A stretch of DNA of 64,000 bases from Takakia lepidozioides (taxonomy: Eukaryota; Plantae; Bryophyta): assembly GCA_030704615.1 (NCBI GenBank), contig CM060734.1, positions 26,908,001 through 26,972,000 on the forward strand, in the 5' to 3' direction. Numbering within the stretch: the first letter of the stretch is position 1; every line of letters starts with the position of its first letter. The notes under the pieces were generated by a model that saw only the letters and a list, made by a program, of their open reading frames with translations, had not been told where the DNA came from and searched no databases. This document shows positions 39,885-52,519 of this stretch, piece by piece. Both the position numbers and the translations under genes were made by a program.

Positions 39885-42730
39885 AGATTATGTATGGGGT
39901 AAGTCCCCCACCCGAGGGTGTACCGCGGTGTGAGGGGAGTGACCGAGGGCGTAGCCCGAGGTCACGACACAAATACCAAGGTACCTCCCGAGGGTGGGGA
40001 CTTACACTGCGTAAGGACATAGGGTTTCTTTTCGCTGTGATCGACGGCTTAGATCGTTTAACATTCAACGGGTGAGATTTCTTTGGCGCCGTTGTAGTTC
40101 TTTCCAGGGTCGATCTCCATTTGTTTTTTATTTCACGCAGGTTTTTGGACGCAGCTTTTGCTCTAGCTTGTCGTCAGATGTTGATGTAGCAATGTGATTA
40201 GATGCTAATAGCTTGCTTAGAGCTTTCTATTTCTGTTAAGCACCATCTGTTTTCCATGAAGAATATCACTAATGTGCGCGAGTCCTTTGAGCGGACAAAA
40301 GCTCGGAAGCGGAAGTCTGTTGAGAAAGCCGAGGTGGATTGTTCTGATCCATTTGATCTCGGGATTTCACAATACACGTCAAAGATCCCACTACCCGAGC
40401 GATCAGTCCATAAGCAACCAATCTGTGAGGTTCCTAATGTTCCAGACATTTCTGTAGATATTTCCAGTGCAGATGACAAATTCTATGAGGATTTTTTTGA
40501 TGATTTGTTTGACGATCCCAACTTAGAGGATGCAAAAGATGATGATGCACATGGAGCGTATCCAGGCAACTCTGAACGCTTCCGGCCAGTTGATCCTAAG
40601 GAGTTGCACAATATCAGTATTGGTGGAAGGCGACGCAGTAAACATGTAGAACATGTACCTGTCCGAAGCCAGTGATCTTAAACCGCTCGTTGACATGCTG
40701 TGTCTGTTTATCTTACAAGTTGCTAAAGAAGAACGGGGATCTATACCCTCCTACAACGTAAGTGTAATTTGATTGAATTCATATTTAGCTTTGATAATAT
40801 ATGTTTCAATTAATTGGTCTACTACTTCTGGATCTTTTGATTTGCAGTATACAAGATCTTGTAAGGGCTATCGGACGCCTTATTCGCGCCAGGCAAGAAC
40901 AACGCATTGTTGAGACTAGTATCAAGCCAGCCATGCCCTTCAATATCCTTTCAGATGTGCGCTTTCATCGTTTTAAGTTGGCTGCAGACAATCACTGTTA
41001 CGATCTAGCAGCGCAGGACTTGGACGCAGTGTAAAGAAGAGCGATGTTCTATCACAAGATGAAGAAGCTCTTATGCCTACTTCCAAAGAAGCACTGAAGG
41101 ATACTCCTTCCAGCCTCAACAATCGTTTTGTGTACATGTGCACTCGTAACTTCTTTATCAGAGGCGGATTTGAATTGTTGAATGTAGATGCCAGTGATTT
41201 CACGCTCTTGTCGGTGGATGTGGTCCTTTCTTAAGGTACCTAATGATATTAAACGCTATATTGTTTGAATATTTAACCTCAGAGTCTGTTTTCTTTATCT
41301 TTTTGGCTTCATACCATCTTACCTGTCTTTTTTTGTATAGGTATAATCCATCACCTTCCAAAAACTGGAAGATTGACGTCAAACGATGTGGCATGGAGAA
41401 CCAGCGGAAGGCTGTAGACTGCCCGATTCAAGATGTCATCGAAACTTACCAACTCATCATCAGTCACCACCCAGTGTGAAGTGATGGTGCAAAGGGACCT
41501 CACCCTTTTTTTCTCAGTCCAAAAATGAGGTGGAAGCCTTCTGACCCTATATGGTTTTCAAAGAGTCCAATCAGTAAGAACACTAGAGCGCTATCACGAA
41601 GAAGATGAGCAATCATATTGGCTTGACTGGAAAGACGATTACGAATAAAAGTGGTCGTGGAGTTGGAATTACAAGAATGGAGGAGGCCTTGGTACCTGTC
41701 GAGTACGGTATGCAAATTACAGGTCACCGAGATGCGAAGTCTTACGCCAAATACAACCAAAGTGATAAGGTGGCGATCGATCGAGCGATTCAGCGCATAA
41801 TTTCTGGTGAATTAATTCATGGCCGGCCATTGACATACGATGAAGCTCTACTAATGGAAAAAAGAGAAACGCCGAGCTCTTGGGCATGAAGAGATCCGTG
41901 CTACCGAATGTATTCTCGCAAAAGAAGTGTCCAAAGAGCTTACCGTCGTTCAATCTAAGACTCGCGGAGACCATCCTATTATCAGAGTCAGCTGAATTCT
42001 GGCAAAGCGAAACTGGAAAGAATATCTTGCTGGATGTCACGAGGCAACATGAGGTGTCTGAGCGGCCTGAGCGAGCGAATGAAATTGAGTTGAATGAGTT
42101 GGAGAAGTCGAAATTGTCGATAGTTGTTTCGGGTGCCACCTCGTCCACCAGTTTCACAATTTGACCAACTGCAACATTCATTTGAGCTTCACGGGTCCGG
42201 CAGATGCTACTAGTCATCTGGAAGACGTGCATGCTCCATCTATCAAAGATGTCACGAAGCCTGCATTTTCTGGAGGATCCGATTGATTATCACATGATGA
42301 AGATCTTAGTCAGCTAATGAGTCATGAAGTGTATAGGATCTCTGACGTATTTGTTAGCAAGCTATGATTTTCAGTGTGGCTTGTAGTTTTACTGTAGAAG
42401 TGTGATAGTTTTCACATTCTTGTATCCCATAACATTGATATAACATTGAACCTCAAATGTAAGCTCTGTTGGCTCTGAATTCAACCAGACTCTGGCATAT
42501 GTGGACCTAACATAAAAGATGGCAGTGTAAAGAAAAGATGGTGTGCGTAATATCCCACGGGACATTACGCGTAATATCCCTGGCCCTAAGGTCCTGTGCA
42601 CTGTTGACGTGACATTCCGCCAAGTAAGCTCCCTGAAAATACAAAGAGAAAAAACCCGTAGGTTTTTACGAATAACGCTGGGCGCATATATATGGGTGAC
42701 CTTACCCCTCAATACTGGTACATACACACA
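39885..42730 (+). mobile_element. Crypton-like tyrosine-recombinase DNA transposon (DUF3504-type YR), degenerate, two introns
   Basis: Spliced coding remnant from ATG 40256, with GT-AG introns at 40758-40847 and 41236-41340. Motifs: LCLFILQVAK-KNGDLYPPT; FFIRGGFEL (R); PSKNWK (K); CPIQDVIETY...FFLSP...WFSKSP; ITNKSGR; ITGHRDAKSYAKY (H, Y). There is no RT. The left end is structured (39899-40005). Boundaries are approximate. Confidence 0.8.
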
Positions 42731-43186
42731 AAAATGATGGTGAATGGACTCTATGCCGTAAGTTTGTAGAACCAGAATAGGTGATGAATACGTGTCCCCA
42801 TTCCTGGATGAATTTGAATTCCATGGAAATATTGGTCAGCAGCAGCATCCATGCCTGCGTGGCACCGCTGATGTGGAATGCACATGCACGGTGCCACTTG
42901 TCAAGATTCGGATTCGCTCTATTTACTGATTTAAGTTGGATTGGCCTGGTAGGGCGACAGTTGTGGTCTGCTGACTCGTCGAAGTTAAGGAGTGCGAGAG
43001 TTTGGGGACCTGGATTGTTCGGACCTTGACAAGTGTCTGCGAGCAGAGGAGTGGCGTCACTGAGTCTGGGTAGGCAGTAGTCTACAAGAGATCAGTGCTC
43101 GATTGGAACATAAAATGTTGCTCCGCAAGGTGAAAGAGTACATTTTGTTGAAGCGAGTGCAAGAAAGATCGTTCCGTCTCGGAGCG

Positions 43187-44845
43187 ATGGTGAAATTGGC
43201 TTCGGTACGCGAAACTCGCATGTATGGGCCTCCGGGCATCAGGGACGCCTGTGAAATCATCAACGCGTTGGTGTTTGTGATCGCTGCGCTGTTGTTGCTA
43301 GCCGGCTGTTCCCTGTTGCTTCCAGGCTACAAAACATCTGTCGGGCTCTGGCTGGTCCTCATTGCACTAGCTCTCGTAGTGCTAGTTAATCTTCACGACT
43401 TGTATGCTCAGCTCGCTGGTTTCGATTTTCGTCTACCTCTACTCACGTTGGATCCCCAGCTTGCACTCATCGAGGTGGCGGCGCCTTTTGTCCAGGCCAT
43501 TGGTGGTATCCTGTTCTTCATTGGGGTCCTCTTGCTTCTGCGGGTAAGAACTCCCACCCCAACTTACCCAGTCACAGATCTGTCCCGAAGTTAGTCATTC
43601 AATATCGAGTCGAGCTCTGCTTCCCCTTGGCATGTACCTTTTGCGAACAGACAGACAGTTCGTCGATCATGTCGCAAAGTCAAGCGCGGGCTGGACCATC
43701 AGCTATCTCCCGAATAATTGGGGCTTAAGTATGTACCACCTGTGGTATTCTGCGATGATGTAGTCCAAGCGTTTGGACAATTAGTGTCGAACCTTTCAAG
43801 ACCAAGTTGATTAATATATATGGCAAGGAATCTCATACATATATATAGTTCCCTGATAGTTATCTGTCTGACCGTCATATATATATGGTGGAGTGCCTAT
43901 TGTTCCATTCTGCACCCTTGGTGGCAAGGTGTTACTTCGGCTTCTTCGCTGCATTCAAAATAATTAGATTCTAATGCCATGAGCCTCTTGGGGTTTGTCG
44001 AATTTATCTCACATCAACTACTAGACTACAGACCTGCCATTTGTGAAAGCGGTGGGGTTATACACTGGAGGTGCAGAACATGTATATGGCTTAGTCGGTA
44101 GTTACAGGATACTACGACCGCAAACAGTTTTGAGGGTTTATGGGTTGTTGTATGTAGGTGGAACGTGGTGCGTACTCCTTGGACGACAAGGAAACTGTAG
44201 AGGACCATGCCTACAGGCTGTTTATTGCAGGCCCTGCACTATGGCTCCTGGGGTCCATTCACAATGCCTTCCAAGTATATGAGAAAGTGGATACGGAGGT
44301 GCAGGCGCTTCAGAAAACTGTGTCTCTTCCCTTTGTAATTGGTAGTACTCTGCTGCTTGTGAGTGGAATTCTCTGCGCAGAGACCTGGCCCACCCCAGCT
44401 TCTAAGCGCAAAGGACGGGTATGATTTCCTAGCCTGGCCGCGATTCCAGTTGTGTCTCGATGGTAGTTGACGATTAATCCCCAGGTGTTTGAGCTTATGA
44501 TACATGATATTGCATGCTACTCTGACACTTCCCGTCCTTTCTTTATTCCATCCCACGCAGGCTACGGAAGTTTGGTTCGCAATTGTGGGAAGTGCGGTAC
44601 TTGTGCTTGGTGCTGTCATGAACGCAGTACGCATCGCGCGCCTCCAGCAAATTGATCGTTTGGGGGGTCACTTGGAGCCATTGCGGGGGGGTGCTCAGGA
44701 GAGATTAGAACATGAGCGTGAGCACGAAGAGCCCTTAATTCGTTCAGAAGATAAGTACCGTGACATTGAAAGCGACCAGGGCCCTGCCTCTTCATACAAG
44801 GCAGCAGTCCTTCCAGCAGAAGGGAATGTAGCCCACGAGCGCTAA
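43187..44845 (+). CDS. Conserved plant multi-pass membrane protein of unknown function, 3 exons (43187-43543, 44158-44418, 44561-44845), 300 aa
   Basis: Canonical GT-AG phase-0 introns join three ORFs into an uninterrupted 903-nt CDS. The N-terminus MVKLASVRETRMYGP resembles a land-plant family I recognise but cannot name. There are about six hydrophobic helices. Confidence 0.85.
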
Positions 44846-45342
44846 AAATGAGACCGTCTTACTTTGGGGTGTAGTATCGAATGTAAACATGCGGCCTTCG
44901 TACAGTTTAACAGCCCGATATTACGGCCGGAAGTGACGCTATATACTAGCTTGGCGATGGCAAAACACCTTACACAAGAAAAAATATCCTACAAATGTCG
45001 GAATTACTGATTGCAACCGAATGTGATATGTAAAAATTGTAGAACAGGTCTAAAAATGAGGAAGAATAGCTTCAAAGTATCGAAAAATATTTCGATGAAA
45101 ACTTCTCAGTTCATTTGAAATGTGAAATATATACCTGCAGAATAGAACATTGTCTAGTACAAATGTATGATGTAATGTAGCACACCGATTTCCTAATATC
45201 ATCTCCATCTCCAATAATGGAATTAAAACTTGTTCAAATAAATAGCACACTTTTTTGTAACTAAGTCGCAAAAGCTGACAAAAAAAATGAGACATACGAC
45301 TTAAAAATGTGCAATAAAATATTGCGGCCTCAACCCCTTTAT

Positions 45343-45345
<3 letters not shown>

Positions 45346-45375
<30 letters not shown>
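45346..45375. repeat. (AT)n microsatellite
   Basis: About 15 perfect AT units. Confidence 0.95.
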
Positions 45376-45377
<2 letters not shown>

Positions 45378-46197
45378 TCCCATTTTGTCATTTATAATGG
45401 AGTATGAAAAAAAAAGAAAAAGAAAAGGGCATGTTATCTATGTTTTAACTATTGATAATGTAGGTTAAGATTTGAATATACTGCAAAACGCTCCAGCTCC
45501 GCAAACTGCGGAAGGAGAGGATGTGAGTAAGCTCAACGGTCTCGAGACCTCGGGAACTTTAACAACGAAGCTTCACTAAGCTTCAGATAAAGCTTCAACA
45601 TCAAGTTTTAATATGCTGGCCTTCTTTCAACCACAAAATAACCATATCATCCACTGCGCCAGGTTGTTGACGATGCTTATCACTCCCTGTTAGGAACGTA
45701 CCCAATACCTCTATCCATCTACCTTCATCCCCGACTGCCCCGCCCAACTCCCAAGACACCACCACCCAAATGAATGGCCGCAGCCGGGCATAACTACTAA
45801 CTTCGGGCATTGAAGCCACTCCAAGCTTACCGGTTTAGAATTGTTCAGATTCCTTCTTTTTTTCTGTATACACCCCTAATCTTTTGCTTGTCAATACCTA
45901 TGCTGCACAACACTTGGACATAATGTACGTAATAAACTGTCTTCCTGGAACAGTTCAGAGTCCAGACATGATATTGACAGACGACCTTTCACACGTGTAT
46001 AGTCATTCTTTTCTCTTTGAACACATGCTTGAGTTGAATTTGTAGATATATACACATCCAAGACGAAACTCCAGGTTTTCAATCATGGACTCAGAATGAT
46101 TCTTGAGTAACATAATTATAGATAATTTGGTATATAATATCATCCAGGCTGCCAGCATTGGATTCAGGTGACTAACGCAATGATGGATTGTGACCAG

Positions 46198-47366
46198 GCA
46201 ATCAGTGAAAGATTATGTGAAGTATTTGGTGAGGACGCAGGATACTCTGCTGGCGCATCTCTTTGAGAGAGGCACATACAGAAAGCTTTACAGCTATCAT
46301 CATCTCATCAATGGATTTGCTGTCCACATCTCCCCCCAGCAGGTATAAATGATGATCCTTGGTAAATAACCCTTGGCCTCAAAAAGCCAATATCGCATGC
46401 CGATTGGGTGCAGATTGGAAGACTTAAAAATGTACCTAGTCCTACGAACAGCATCCCCATTTTCTCATGTAAAATTGCACTTGTAGACCTATTTTCATAC
46501 GCTAAGTTTGGTCAACACGGTTTTGAAGTTGCTGTTCACTTTGGTTCCTTTTCCTGGTTGTAGACCTCTGGGGTTTAGGCTTTAAAACAACTAATGGAAG
46601 AGCCCAAAGGACTGACCCACACTTTATGTAGGCTGAGGTTCTCAGGAAGGCTCCGGAAGTTGCATATCTCGAAAAGGACAGTCTACTGAAAACCATGACA
46701 ACTCATACTCCGGATTACCTTGAGCTACCCCAGATTGCATGGTGCCAGCTAGGGGGTTTTGAAAATGCGGGTGAAGGCATCACAGTTGGGTTTGTGGACA
46801 TAGGCATTGATCCAACCCATTCCAGTTTTTCTAACCTAGGGACAAAGCCCTATGGAGCAGCTCCAGCAAGTTATACTGGAACGTGTGAAGTTGCAAGCGA
46901 GTTTCCGATGGGGTCTTGCAATGGCAAGATTGTTGGTGCACAACATTTTGCTCAGGCTGCAATTTTGTCAGGGCAATTCAACGCGTCTTTTCATTTTGCC
47001 TCTCCTCTTGATGGAGATGGGCATGGCACGTAAGCTCAGCCTTCCTAAATGTCCACGCTTGGGAGTTTGTGTAGATTAACGTGTATATCTCCTGTTAGCC
47101 CAGGTCCTTAGCTATGAGACATAGGGTTGGTTAGAACCTTGCATATGGGTGGTAGATTGACTCTGGGTTGACCCTTTTCAGATGGCCTCTACTCCTGCTT
47201 GTCTCAGGGTAGACAGGTAATGGATGACCACAAGCTCACAAATTCCCTGTCTTTCCAGATGTCACAAGGTTCATCCCTCCCTCTGGTCTCTCCTAAATTT
47301 TCCTCATCTTATGCAGACTGTAATTTGATTGTGTCTAATCTCAGGCACACAACATCCACAGCAGCA
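46198..47366 (+). pseudogene. Truncated subtilisin-like serine protease (plant SBT2 subfamily-like)
   Basis: Exon ~46198-46342 encodes the I9 prodomain (LFERGTYRKLYSYHHLINGFAVHISPQQ). Exon 46632-47029 encodes TTHTPDYL, GFVDIGIDP, CNGKIVGA and DGDGHG. Exon 47345-47366 gives (T)HTTSTAA and is then replaced by gypsy-associated sequence. No catalytic Ser region or PA domain was found downstream. Confidence 0.85.
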
Positions 47367-47455
47367 AAGGGAACTCACCTTCTTGGCGCCAAGTTGAGAG
47401 CTCTTTATCACTTCACCTCTTGGCATTTCACTTGGAGAAGTTAGCTAAGTCAAGT

Positions 47456-47692
47456 AGCTAAGGCAACCAAGCTCTGGCTTTCGGTGAGGAGGTAGTTGCC
47501 CAACCAAGGGTAGTGGGGGCCCATCATTCTCAAAAGCCAAAGGGTCCTAGCTCGCCAGCTCATTCAATTTCTAGCCAAAACTCATGAGTATAGGTGACTG
47601 AGGCTCTGGAGGACACAACATCCATTCAAGAGGCCATGGGTAAAGACCCATTCTCCATCAATGTGGACATCACCAACCTTAATCAAAGGTTG
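47456..47692. repeat. ~237-bp direct repeat, copy 1 (possible LTR fragment)
   Basis: AGCTAAGGCAACCAAGCTCTGGCT...CCTTAATCAAAGGTTG is repeated, with scattered substitutions, at 48828-49064. Confidence 0.85.
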
Positions 47693-48827
47693 TTAAGCTC
47701 GTTCCTGCTCATCTTCCCACTGCCACTCTTGGTCCACCTTGGTCAGCTTGGTTAGAGCCTTTGCAATGGCACTAAATCCTTTGAAACCGTCTATAATAGT
47801 TTGCCAACCCCATGAAAGCTCAAACTCGGCTGCTCACATCTGTGGGGCGTGGAATTTGTGCAATGGCCTCTACCTTACTCTGCTGTACCCCCAATCCTCC
47901 AGGATATATCATGTGACCCAGATACTCAATCTGGTTGTGGAAAAACTTGCACTTCCCCGGATGCAACTTCAATCCGTGCGCTCTCAAGCGCTCCAATACC
48001 ACCTGAAGGTGTCTCTCATGCTCCTCCACCGTAGCACTAAAGATGATGATGTCATCTATGTAGCACCGAGCAAAATCCACCCCTACTAGAATCCTATCCA
48101 TGACTCTCTGAAACTCTGCAGGAGCATTCTTAAGCCCAAATGGTAAGAAACGCCACTGATATAGGCAATCCTTGCCGTGCTCATTGATCCTCCAGAATGT
48201 CGTCTTCTGCTTGTCCGCCTCCTTGATCGGCAACTGGTGATATCCGGATCGTAAATCCAAAGTGCTAAAGACCTTAGCATGCCCGATGGCATCAAAGATC
48301 TCCTCTGGTGTTGGCATGGCATACTTATCGGACTTGGTCTGACGATTTACAGGCCGGTAATCACCGCACATACGTCTCTCCGTCCAATTGCCATAGACAT
48401 CCTTCTTGGCTGGCATCACTGTGGCTGAAGCATACTCTCCATCAGAGAGCTCCACCAAACCAGCCTCCCAGAGATCTTGAGTCCTCATCTGAATCAAAGA
48501 CCTCTCCATGTCACTGTATCTATAGGGTCTCCGAAAGATTGGCGTGTCAGTGGCCAACTCAATACGGATATCTTGACCCTTCAGTGCTCCCAAGTCCTTC
48601 AAACTGAAGGCAAATCATCCTGTAAGCCCTCAGGAACCGCCGTATACGTCATCTCTCTCCTCTGGTGACAATGGGTCCAATGAGGCTCCCAATTGTCCTC
48701 CGTAACTGCAACCTTAAGTCTAGTGGGCTTAGAGATAGAGGACGCGTCCAGTGGTTGCTATGTTGCAACCTCTTGAGCAGTACTCCCTACCTGCTCAGTC
48801 AATGACAAGGCCTCATCCTGCCCCAGC
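47693..48827 (-). mobile_element. Ty3/gypsy pol fragment (RT and start of the connection/RNase H region)
   Basis: ORF 47820-48602: [51 protein letters not shown]. After a frameshift it continues RAFMGLANYYRRF...EWQW. Confidence 0.95.
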
Positions 48828-49064
48828 AGCTAAGGCAACCAAGCTCTGGCTCTCGGTGAGGAGGGATTTGCCCAACCAAGGGTAGTGGGGGCCATCATTC
48901 TCAGAAGCCAGAGGGTTCCAGATCGCCAACTCATTCGAATTCTAGCCAAAACTCACAAGTACAGGTGACTGAGGCTCTGGAGGACACAACATCCATTCAA
49001 GAGGCCATGGGTAAAGACCCATTCTCCATCAAGGTGGACATCACCAGCCTTAATCAAAAGGTTG
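48828..49064. repeat. ~237-bp direct repeat, copy 2
   Basis: Matches 47456-47692. Confidence 0.85.
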
Positions 49065-49079
49065 CTGATATGCAGGACG

Positions 49080-50760
49080 GAGTATCGTCATTCATTCTCT
49101 AGGGAAGAGGGTTGAGCGCTCATTTGTTAGAGAATGGGTCATATCACATCTGGGAGGGCAGGGTGATTTGCAGCAGCATTTCTACCATGCTAAGGGGAGG
49201 GGGTTCTTTTCCATTCTCTTTGAAAGCAGGGAGGCAGCGCAAAAGGCCTTACATTTCAATCCTCATCTCAAAGGGTATAATGTAAATATATTCCCATGGT
49301 CACCAATGATGGGCAACAAAAATGGCAAGATTTGGGCTCCTAGGATTGTGGTGGTTTCACAAATTCCAGACCAGTACCTCTTCTTCCTGCCTGACATTGG
49401 GAACTCCTTTGGCTGTTATCTAGGATGTTTGGAAGTTTTCGATCCTAACATGTCCATGGATTCACTGAGAAATGACCCTGCATGGAAGGATGCCACAATT
49501 GCCTCAAAAATCAAGGAGAATGGGGCTCCAAAAATCGTCATCATGATGCCAAGTGAGGACTCAATCCCAAAATATGTTTTCTTTGGAAACCCTCCTCTGA
49601 AGGTACCAGAGGAGGGACGACAATCCTTCTTTCACCCTCGCTCAAAAAATTCTTGGTTAAAGATGAAGTTTGGGAACTTGGAAGAGTTCAGTACTCATCC
49701 TTATTGCTCCCTGGCGACTCTGAAACAATTGGCTTCCTTAATATCTATGCTCCCAACTCTCCCTCGGAAAGAATGGCACTGTGGGATAAGTTAAACTCTA
49801 GAATGATCAACGAGACTAGCACTCACAAATGGGTGTTAGCGGGAGATTTCAACATGGTGGAAAATGAAATAGACAGACGGGGGCGTGGCTCGCAGCATCT
49901 CGACCATGAGGAAGAGCGTATGTGGCAAGTCCTGCTTCAGACCCATAGCCTGTCCGAAATCGATGCTCTCCCACTCGATCCATTAGGGATTAATCCTTTC
50001 TTTACCTGGTCCAACAACAGAGACCTGGTGGACCTCAGCATGACACAATTTCAATGAGTTGTTCAAATCTGACCCCTCTCAGCCAGACAGCCAAACCAAT
50101 TTGCTTAACTGTCTTGCAGCTGTTCCTCTTAAACTCAATCCCGAGGAGGCTTTGGCCCTCGAGGGACATTTCACGCCTCAAGAGCTGGGGGATGCCCTTG
50201 ACCTCATGAACACCAACAAAGCGCCAGGAATCGATGGGATGCCGGTGGAGTTCTACAAGGCCATCTGGACTGAGATCTCCGATGATTTCTGTGACATAGC
50301 CAATAAAATCAAATCGACTGGCCTTATGCCAGCCTCCATGTCTCAGGGGGTGATCTCCTTGTTTTTCAAGAAGGGGGCTTTCCAAATTCTCCTTTTCCAA
50401 TCTTCTAGCAGGGTAACGATCAACGACCATCTGTCTAAACCATTTCAGCTACAAAGGTCTGTCAGACAAGTATGTCACTTAGCACCCTTCCTCTTCATCT
50501 TTGTGGCAGACACCATGGGTCATATGTTGGATAGTAATCTGCAGGTCAAAGGGCTGCAGTTGAAAAACCCCAATCGCAGCTATGGACACAAGTCAAGGAT
50601 TCTATGTTCATTTCTGCCTTTGGACGCCACCCCGTTGTCTCTCACAGCTGCGGAGAATACCTTAAAAGACTTTTGTCAGACCTGTCTCCGGCTTCAGGGT
50701 CAATTGGTCAAACACCAAAGTAATATTGGTTGGAGACCGGGCTATTTCAACGTGCCATGG
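49080..50760 (+). mobile_element. Internally deleted plant L1-type LINE (ORF1 RRM/DUF4283-like, APE and RT fragments)
   Basis: ORF1-like: GRGFFSILFESREAAQKAL...IFPWSP. APE: NIYAPNSPSER, WVLAGDFNMVE, FTWSNNR. RT: NKAPGIDGMPVEFYK, GVISLFFKKG, SVRQVCHLAPFLFIFVAD. The intervening segments are deleted. Confidence 0.85.
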
Positions 50761-50799
50761 ACACTATCCTACATGGAGATCAGAGAGCGTGCCAAAGTT

Positions 50800-51850
50800 T
50801 TGGTTGATCAGGTGAAGGTTTTAGAAAGGCTGAAAGCAACCAACTTACACCTAAACCCTAATAAATGTCATTCCCAAGAACCCTACTGGGGTGAGAGTCT
50901 TTGTTGGCATGTCTGGGTGTTACCGTATATATGTTCAAGGGTTTGCTCTTATATTTGTTTCCTTGTTCAATTTGACCAAAAAGGATGTGCCTTTCAAATG
51001 GTTTGCTGATGCACAGAATGCTTTTGAGGCACTTCGCCTAAAACTGATGATTGATGTTTTAGCTAGGCCAGATTTCCCCAAGCCCTTCAATATTTTAGAT
51101 GTAGACTGGTCATGAAAGGGCGTGGGAGCCATTCTATCTCAGAAACATCAGCGGCGTGAGCATATGATTGCGTATGCAAGTGAGGTCTTGTCTGACGCCC
51201 AGCAGAAGTACCATCCGATAGAAGGTGAGTGTTATGCCCTTGTGTGGGGAGTTGTTCACTTTTGGCAGTATCTTTATGGTACATCCTTCATTATCAAAAC
51301 TGATCATAAGCCCTTGGAGTGGCTAGCTACAGTAAGTGATGCCTAAGTAGGCGTGGGAGATGGATAATGATGCTTCAAGATTTTGATTTTAAGATCGTCC
51401 ATAGGGCATGATCCAAGCACTCCAACGTTGATGCGTTGAGTAGGTACCCTATGGGACTAGCTGAAGAGACTGAGGAGTTGGAAGAGAATAGTGCTGCTCT
51501 ATGCAGGTCAGTGGGGAGTGAGAAAGGTAACAAGGGTTTCTTTCTTCTTGAAATTGTGAACAATGGTGGGATTGCCCATGCTATCTTGTATTGGTGTGAG
51601 AATGAAAAGAAAAGACTGGAGTCTCAAGCATGTCGAGAGGTGTCATGTCTCTTGGACCCTGGTAGTCTTGCATTCAAGAGAGAGGAATATTACATATGTG
51701 TGTGGGCGTTTTGGCATTTGATCAGAAATCAGCTGGTGGGGCAACATTTCTTTGTACTAACAGATTTGGATCCTTTCTGGTGGCTCTAGTCTGAGCACCA
51801 CACAGGCAGAAAATGTCTGGAAGATTTCTCCTTTGAGTACATAGAGTCAA
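50800..51850 (+). mobile_element. Ty3/gypsy connection plus RNase H fragment, followed by a second degenerate RNase H-like segment
   Basis: LFNLTKKDVPFKW, RPDFPKPFNILDVDWS*KGVGAILSQ, IAYASEVL..AQQKYHPIEGECYALVWGV..F..YLYG..F...TDHKPLEWL, LQDFDFKIVHR, NVDALSR. Confidence 0.9.
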
Positions 51851-51889
51851 GCTTGAGTGATAGGCATCTTAAAAAAGGTGTCATTCTAA

Positions 51890-52500
51890 AGCCTAGTTAT
51901 CGTTCCTGATGTGACGTGGTGCTGACACGTCGGACGTGCGTCACGTCACGTCGAAACCAGACGTTTATCCATGTATTTTTTCTTACATTTAATTTTTACG
52001 ATTTACTTCTACCCTTTCTAATGACATGGCAGCCACGGTGTAAAACATATGTGGCAAATTATTAATATTTAGTAATTTCTTTTAAAAAAAAATGACCACT
52101 CATGTTGGCGGTTGCTTGCAATTTATTATTTTTTAAATGAAGCGACCGCCATTGGCGGTCGCTTCTAATAGTTTTAAAAAAAAATGAACCGTTTGTTATT
52201 TAGAAAATTTAGCGACTGTCGTGTGGCGGTCGCTCTTATTTCTTAATTTGGGTTTTTTTAAGAAATAACGCGACCGCCACAAGGGCAGTCGCTCCTTTCT
52301 GTATATTAAAAATATTACTCGATCGCCAAGTGGCGGTCGCTTCTATTTATTTATTTATTAAATAAAACGAGTCGCTTCTTTAATAAATTTTTTAAAAATA
52401 TAGCGACCGCCAAGAGGCAATTGCTATTTTTGGTTTTTTTTAAATATAGCGATCGCCATGCGGTGGTCGCGTCATTTTTTTTTGGGTTTTTTTTACGCGT
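51890..52500. mobile_element. One end of a DNA transposon with palindromic GCGACCGCC/GGCGGTCGC subterminal repeats
   Basis: An ACGT-rich terminus at 51905-51965 is followed by about 7-8 GCGACCGCC-n-GGCGGTCGC units separated by A/T tracts. They resemble the hAT subterminal repeats downstream. Confidence 0.6.
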
Positions 52501-52519
52501 TGAGAGGCACAAACTATTT

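Noticed and set aside
45790-46170. Possible upstream exons of the subtilase (SGIEAT-like peptide)
   Set aside because: No signal peptide or consistent splice path could be built, so they are excluded from the call.
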